From positions 4,960,001 through 5,024,000 of the forward strand of contig NW_026889754.1 of the NCBI RefSeq assembly GCF_033153115.1: a stretch of DNA of 64,000 nt. The letters run 5' to 3'. Each line of letters begins with the position of its first letter. The first letter of the stretch is position 1. Shown here piece by piece: positions 58,374 to 64,000 of the stretch. The notes under the pieces are model-generated. The model was not told the DNA's origin, did not search any database, and worked only from the letters and a program-made list of their open reading frames with translations. The translations under genes were made by a program, and so were the position numbers. Source of the DNA: Saccostrea echinata. Lineage: Eukaryota.

Positions 58374-61084
58374 TTCAGACTACCTAAATTAAAAAGATCT
58401 TTCTATTTGTTTGATTACTTTATATAAAAATAGGACTTTCCTGTAAATTACACAAAATAAATCAATCACGTTTCAAACATATTAGAAATTTAAAGCAAAA
58501 ACCGATTTATTTACCGATTCAGATTTTAATTAACAGACACATTTTAATTTTTTTTTAATCAGTCGAACTATGGAAACATGAGGTTATTCAAGTTCAAAAT
58601 CGGTGAAAAATTTAATTTCAACGTAAATAACATATATCATGTTTAGCTACACCCAATCTCGTATTTTTATTTTTTAGCCATATATAGCTTTAACAATTAT
58701 TCCGAAAGAAGATGGATAAAAACTTAGCGTTCCTTTTGACTTTAGTTCTTAGCCGCCTACTACGACAGCAAAGAAGTTTTAAAGCGCCAACTTAAATTAA
58801 TCTGAACCTGAATTAATTCAAAGACTTTCCTTATTTTCCTTAATCGTATCCTCTGAAGTGACCTGGCCATCGAGCCACTGGGATTTTATTGATTATCGAG
58901 CCACTGGGAACATCAAGGGAAAAATTGAGACACTCCTGCATCATGCCCTTCTGCTGCCCATGCAGAATCATGTTCTAACGCTATATTATGTATAATATAA
59001 GTACATGTACATGTATACGCTCTTTGGAAAAAAAATCATGCATAGAAAGGTAATAAAATTGAAACCTTACCATTTAAAATTAAGTATTAACACATCGAAA
59101 AGAACCCCAATCTACCAACATCGATTTTATAGGCTGTTCCATGAGACACACATTTTATAATTTTGGCTTTATTTCAAGAATACGAGGAGTGATTTTTTTT
59201 TTTACCTTCTCTCATTGACAAAAAACGCAAATTAGAATTGCATAAAGAAGATGATAACAGTTGCTTTGTTTATTAACTCTTAAAATCTGAGCCAGGTAAA
59301 GAAAACTGTATATTTTCTTAATACTTTTCTACAGGGGTAAATTTAAATAAAAAAGAATATAGTGCACACATCCGAGAAAATACTCATAATGATTCTTAAT
59401 GATCTTTATTCCAATGCCTGCAGCACTGAGTTACTTAAATCAGAGACATTTATAATTATGTTTCTGCCTAAATTGTGCTTTTAGGTAAAATTTCTTTTTT
59501 TCGAACCTTATTTTTTCTTTTTTGAATAAGTTCTGTTTTATTTTTCATATATACGGCATTAATTATAGATTGACTAAAGTACTCATAAAAGTAAAGTTTT
59601 TGCCATTGTATATATATGCATTTAATGTGAGTTGTTATTTAAATGTTTTCACTGTTTTCTTTCGTCAGTAAATCTTGGATCCACGCCTTGGCTTATACAT
59701 TCAATATGCAATGTTTTGTGTATTTTGATCCCCGCGCGCTGACCATCTTTTTACGCAATAGCCTAGATGCAATGTTTAAGTATATAAACCGTTAATGAAG
59801 ACCCAACACCACCCAAGTGATCCTACCTCTATTACTCTTAATGAACCCTGGTGTAGTTTTACTTTAAGATGGACCATTTTGTTTAATAATAATAAGACAG
59901 ACTTTGGTTAATTTTGTTTACATCTCTATATTTAGAAATCGTGTCATCGTCAGTCCCTTTGCCAGACCACCAGCTTATCAATGGCAGCTTACACCAGGAC
60001 TTTACTTCCGGTGATTCAAACTTAATGTGTCATCTCCCGAGGGAGATGACAAAAAACTTTCTCTTTTCTTTTGTCTACTTATTAGATGGTTTCAGGTAGA
60101 AAACTATTGATGCCTGAACTCCTATTGTGTAATTATCGGACTCCTCCAGGTAACTTTTGGACATTTAAATAGCAATGATTTAGGTAAGATATATGCCTAA
60201 CGGGCCTCAAACAGTCTGATAATTTTACATATAGAAAGTATTCGGCATATATCCATTACATACTATCGTATGATACACAATAATTGTATGCTTAAAGAAT
60301 ATTTTGTCTTGTTAACATAGGTAGAAGGCCGTCTCCCCCAAAGACAAAATTTTCACAGAGAGAGAATCACAAAAGACACATAAGAGAAAGCATCAATAAC
60401 ATCATCACAAGATAGTTCACCACTCTCTCCATCAAGCTTCAGCACTGAGAAAATCTCCACTGAGAGTTACAAGTTACAAGTGCTCCATCAGCATCTTCAG
60501 CTGGAGGTGCTATGTCATCTTCATCTTAAGTGCTTCTTCATTTTCTCACCAAATACTTGATATGCTATTAAATTATTTGAAGGTATATTGGATAATTTGA
60601 ATTATTAATTTAATTTTCATTTATTTTTCTTTAATTTAATCAACTTACTTTAAAACTGGTTTTCTGTTATCAGCTGCTAGTGATACTGGAACATCTGCGA
60701 CAAAGAAATCAGGAGGAATCATTTCTCAGTTAATTCTTCAAGGTGTGTAAAAAAAGTCCTGATTGTATAATGACTTTATTTCCAATCTATAAAAATCAAA
60801 CACTTCTTTCTTTGTAAGATTTAGCCTCTTGAATTAGAAGCGCTCATATAAAAAATGAGCTTGCGAAATGGGGATGTGGCCTAAAGTCTATGAGAAATCG
60901 ATGTAAACAACATTCCCCTGCTATATTAATCACATAAATACCTAATTACAGTGCAAGAAAGTAAAAATTGAAAATGAAATTAATAAACTACAATGTTTGA
61001 TGGAAAGATTGAGGCAAAATTATGTAGAAAATCTTTAATTTAATTTTTTGTAAATTATCCGGGGGGGTGGGGGGGGGGAGATTT

Positions 61085-61205
61085 GGACGTTTAAACGATT
61101 CATCCTTTATACCTATGCTCGGCACTCGGGGCCATTGAGCAGTGAGGGATCTTTTTCGTGCCAACACCTACTGTGGCATGGGACTTTGGTTTATACGGTC
61201 TTATC
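61085..61205 (-). mobile_element. SINE fragment
   Basis: CCTATGCTCGGCACTC.GGGCCATTGAGCAGTGAGGG is the reverse complement of the SINE core. Confidence 0.7.
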
Positions 61206-61369
61206 CGGTCCGACGCAAGTAATCCACGGAACAAGACATTTCAATACAAGTAAAGTTAAACGAATGATTTCCAGTAATACTAATAATAGAGCTATATATG
61301 GTAAAACTAGTGCTAATTGTAACGGGAACCGTTACAGATGTTCCCCAAACGACTCCCAAATTCTTGTGA

Positions 61370-62001
61370 TGCCACAGAGTCTGACACATCTGTTTCATAT
61401 TTGGATATTTTACTTGAAAAAGACGTTAATGGTAATCTAACAACCAAGCTTTATGATAAACGTGATGACTAACTTTTCAATCGTCAACTTCCCTTACTTA
61501 TGCAGCAATATACCTTCATCACCTGCATACGGGGTATATATACCTTCATCACCTGCATACGGGGTATATATCTCTCAGTTGATTCGATACGCAAGAGCAT
61601 GTACAATTTCTAAAAAGAGGTAAATTATTGACAAATAAGTTGATGAAACAAGGATATCAGCTGTCTCGTTTAAAGTCATCAATTTGTAAGTTCTATGGTC
61701 GATACAATGACCTTGTCAGCAAATACAATTTATCATTGAGTCAAATGCTGACTGACGTTTTTCATACTAATTGTTAGGCCATGATTTACACACTGAATTG
61801 TCGACGGATTTTTCCGTTATTTCCCGATCATGACAAGGAGCACACGGCGGGTGTGACCGGTCGGCAGGGGATGCTCACTCCTCCATGGCACCTGATCCCA
61901 CCTCTGATGTTTGGAGGTCCATGTTTGCTCTGCTCCTATTTTGTGTTGTTTAATGGACTTTTGAGCTTGAATACTGTTCGTTATCTCCATATATTTCATT
62001 C
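61370..62001 (+). mobile_element. Penelope/Naiad-like RT 3' fragment with 3' UTR
   Basis: Near-identical to the reverse complement of 35417-36028, with a 31-bp internal duplication at ~61509-61570. Confidence 0.85.
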
Positions 62002-63551
62002 AATTATGTTCCCCAAACGAAGTTTGGGAACATATTGTTTCAGAATTTCTTCTCCGGTACTTTTTTGTCCGCGAGTGTTCTCGTAAACTACTCATCCGAT
62101 TGAGATGAAACCTTATTAGGGTTATTAGGGTTAATAGGCATGTTGTGTGATATATTTAATATAGCCATGCCTTTTATATTTCTTCACGAATTGCTTTGAA
62201 ACTCAGAATATAATGATACATTAGTAGTCTAGACAAGATGACATCGTCAAATTAGCATGAACCCTCGCGCATGCACGTGCGCTTCACTCTGATTGGCTGA
62301 TACAAAACTCTCAGTAACTTCCCTTTTTTTGACGAAATACTTTCAAGTTAAAAATATAAGAATATATTATAAAATTCTACAACATGTTATATGTTACTAC
62401 CATCAGGATGCACATATACAGAGCATTAGGTAATTATTTTGCATTATAGTTATGCATGTTTCCAAAAGGATTATTACCTTGTTTTTCCCAGCTATTCCTA
62501 TTATATCTGAGTCCATAATACTTCGCATAATACTCTTTCCATACATTCTTACTCTTTTAGATGTACCAGTAGCATAAATCTCATTACCCATGATATGTCA
62601 ACCAAAATATTTGAATAGATTATAGTTTCATATAAATTAGTTGAAAGAAATATTTGTTAAAAATAATAATAATAAAAAAATAGTGACTGTGCAGAATTTA
62701 TGCGCGCAGGGTTCACTTTATATGTAGTTGTATAAACATTTAGGATAATTTAAAAAGAAATATTGCATCTAGTTAAGTATAACATTAAAAATTTTCACCC
62801 CTCAAAAACTATTGTCAACCTCGACTGTGCCCTGTTGACAGTTGGGAAAATTCTTTGGGTGAAAACTTTTAATGTTAGACTCAACTACATGCAATATTTA
62901 TATAAAGGAACACCTCTCAAAACTAATCTTTTAATGTTTTATAGCTTAACTGACTTTTCAAAGCTCTACTTCATGTGCTTACTACCAGTAGTATGACATT
63001 GTGTTTGTGTATAATTATTTATTTTTTGGATTAATTTAATTCAGATATTCAAAAATAGATCAAGAATCTCCTGCAGTTACTATCTGAAAGGGAAAGAAGC
63101 TACCCAAATGATAATTTTTGTTTTCTACCGGCATCCTCTCTTCCAACAGCAAGTGAAGACCTGTCAGGAGTTGATTGCATTGAACAGGATGATGATGATG
63201 ATGATGAAAGCAGAAACCACAGACTTCTTTTTCTGTCATCAGACCCGATTTCAGAGACATTTATTGTACAGGTGAGTCATGTACATGTTTATCAATTCAT
63301 AAAGTTAACTTTAAGTGTGTTTGTACGATTTAATTTCTGTTAGTTGTGATAAAGAAGAAATAGTTCAACAATGATATACTTGCTTGCTCAAATGCAAATT
63401 TACTGCCAGGATGGATTTACAAAGAAAAAGTAGGAAAGGCCAGGAATTTTCATAGTAGTTATGGAATACACCAATTATGAGATTTTTCTGCTTCTTTTTA
63501 TATCCCAGAAAAGCTGTAAAGATGATTTATCATTATTAAATCTTTATTTAA

Positions 63552-63835
63552 GGTATGGTAATGCCCTCTGTCTCTTAGATGCCACTTATCGGACCACTAA
63601 ATATGCCCTTCCATTATTCTTCCTTGCTGTGAAGACCAACATGGGATTCAGTGTGGTTGCAGAGTTTGTTGTCCAACATGAGACAAAAAATGCAATAAAG
63701 GAAGGGTTAAGTACCATAAAACGCTGGATGGATGAAGATCCAGAAAAGCCACAAAACTGGAACTGGAATCCAAAGTGTTTTATGACCGATTATTGTGGGA
63801 GAGAGATATGGGCCATTGAAGAAGTATTTACAAGT
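63552..63835 (+). pseudogene. MULE (Mutator-like) transposase domain exon
   Basis: RYGN...LLDATYRTTKYALPLFFLAVKTN....VAEFVVQHET...I.EGL....W....PKCFMTDY...E..AIEEVF; no other exons were recognised. Confidence 0.8.
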
Positions 63836-64000
63836 ACATTAGCTCTTTTGTAATTTTTGTTTCTAATGAGAAAGAATATAATATTATAGACTTTATGAAC
63901 TGTATATATGAGTCTTCTGAGTTCATGGATTAATCAACTTCTTTGTTAACCATGTTAACATTATTTATACAAATTGACAAGCAGTTTTGTGTTCATCTGT

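Overview
AT-rich animal genomic DNA made almost entirely of nested mobile elements; no intact host gene was found. The repeat types suggest a bivalve such as an oyster, which is an inference. The centrepiece is a decaying Polinton/Maverick (adintovirus-like) endogenous virus at about 14746-30615 on the + strand. It has an AGTAGT left terminus and is inserted into an LTR-retrotransposon remnant; its right end is lost. Gene order: pPolB (vOTU-like, exonuclease, VSR-like insert, polymerase; disrupted), a captured BIR+RING IAP (one stop), packaging ATPase (one stop), basic core-like proteins, C2H2 protein, intact rve integrase with chromodomain, small TM protein, an A-B-B'-A' cassette of two paralogous unknown gene pairs (B/B' RING-like), penton (frameshift), micropeptide, QxGxG core protein, intact major capsid protein and intact adenain protease. 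Three accessory genes, plus an orphan site at the broken right end, share a fixed-spacing promoter module: GGTTTTYCC-N7-CTAWAWATAG-TATA. Other contents: an AcademH-type transposon (635-10105; about 250-bp TIRs, divergent DDE transposase and RecQ-like helicase pseudogenes); several satellite-bearing Helentron-like elements; four Penelope/Naiad-like RT remnants; a minimal hammerhead ribozyme (52069-52115); tRNA-derived SINEs; nested MITEs; an EnSpm-like transposase pseudogene; a MULE fragment. There is also evidence for an about 8.5-kb inversion and for an apparently TSD-less transposon family with RCGCRGSTAKGTTAAGGCT termini. An assembly gap lies at 52178-52374. All calls come from reading motifs by eye; no database search was run.
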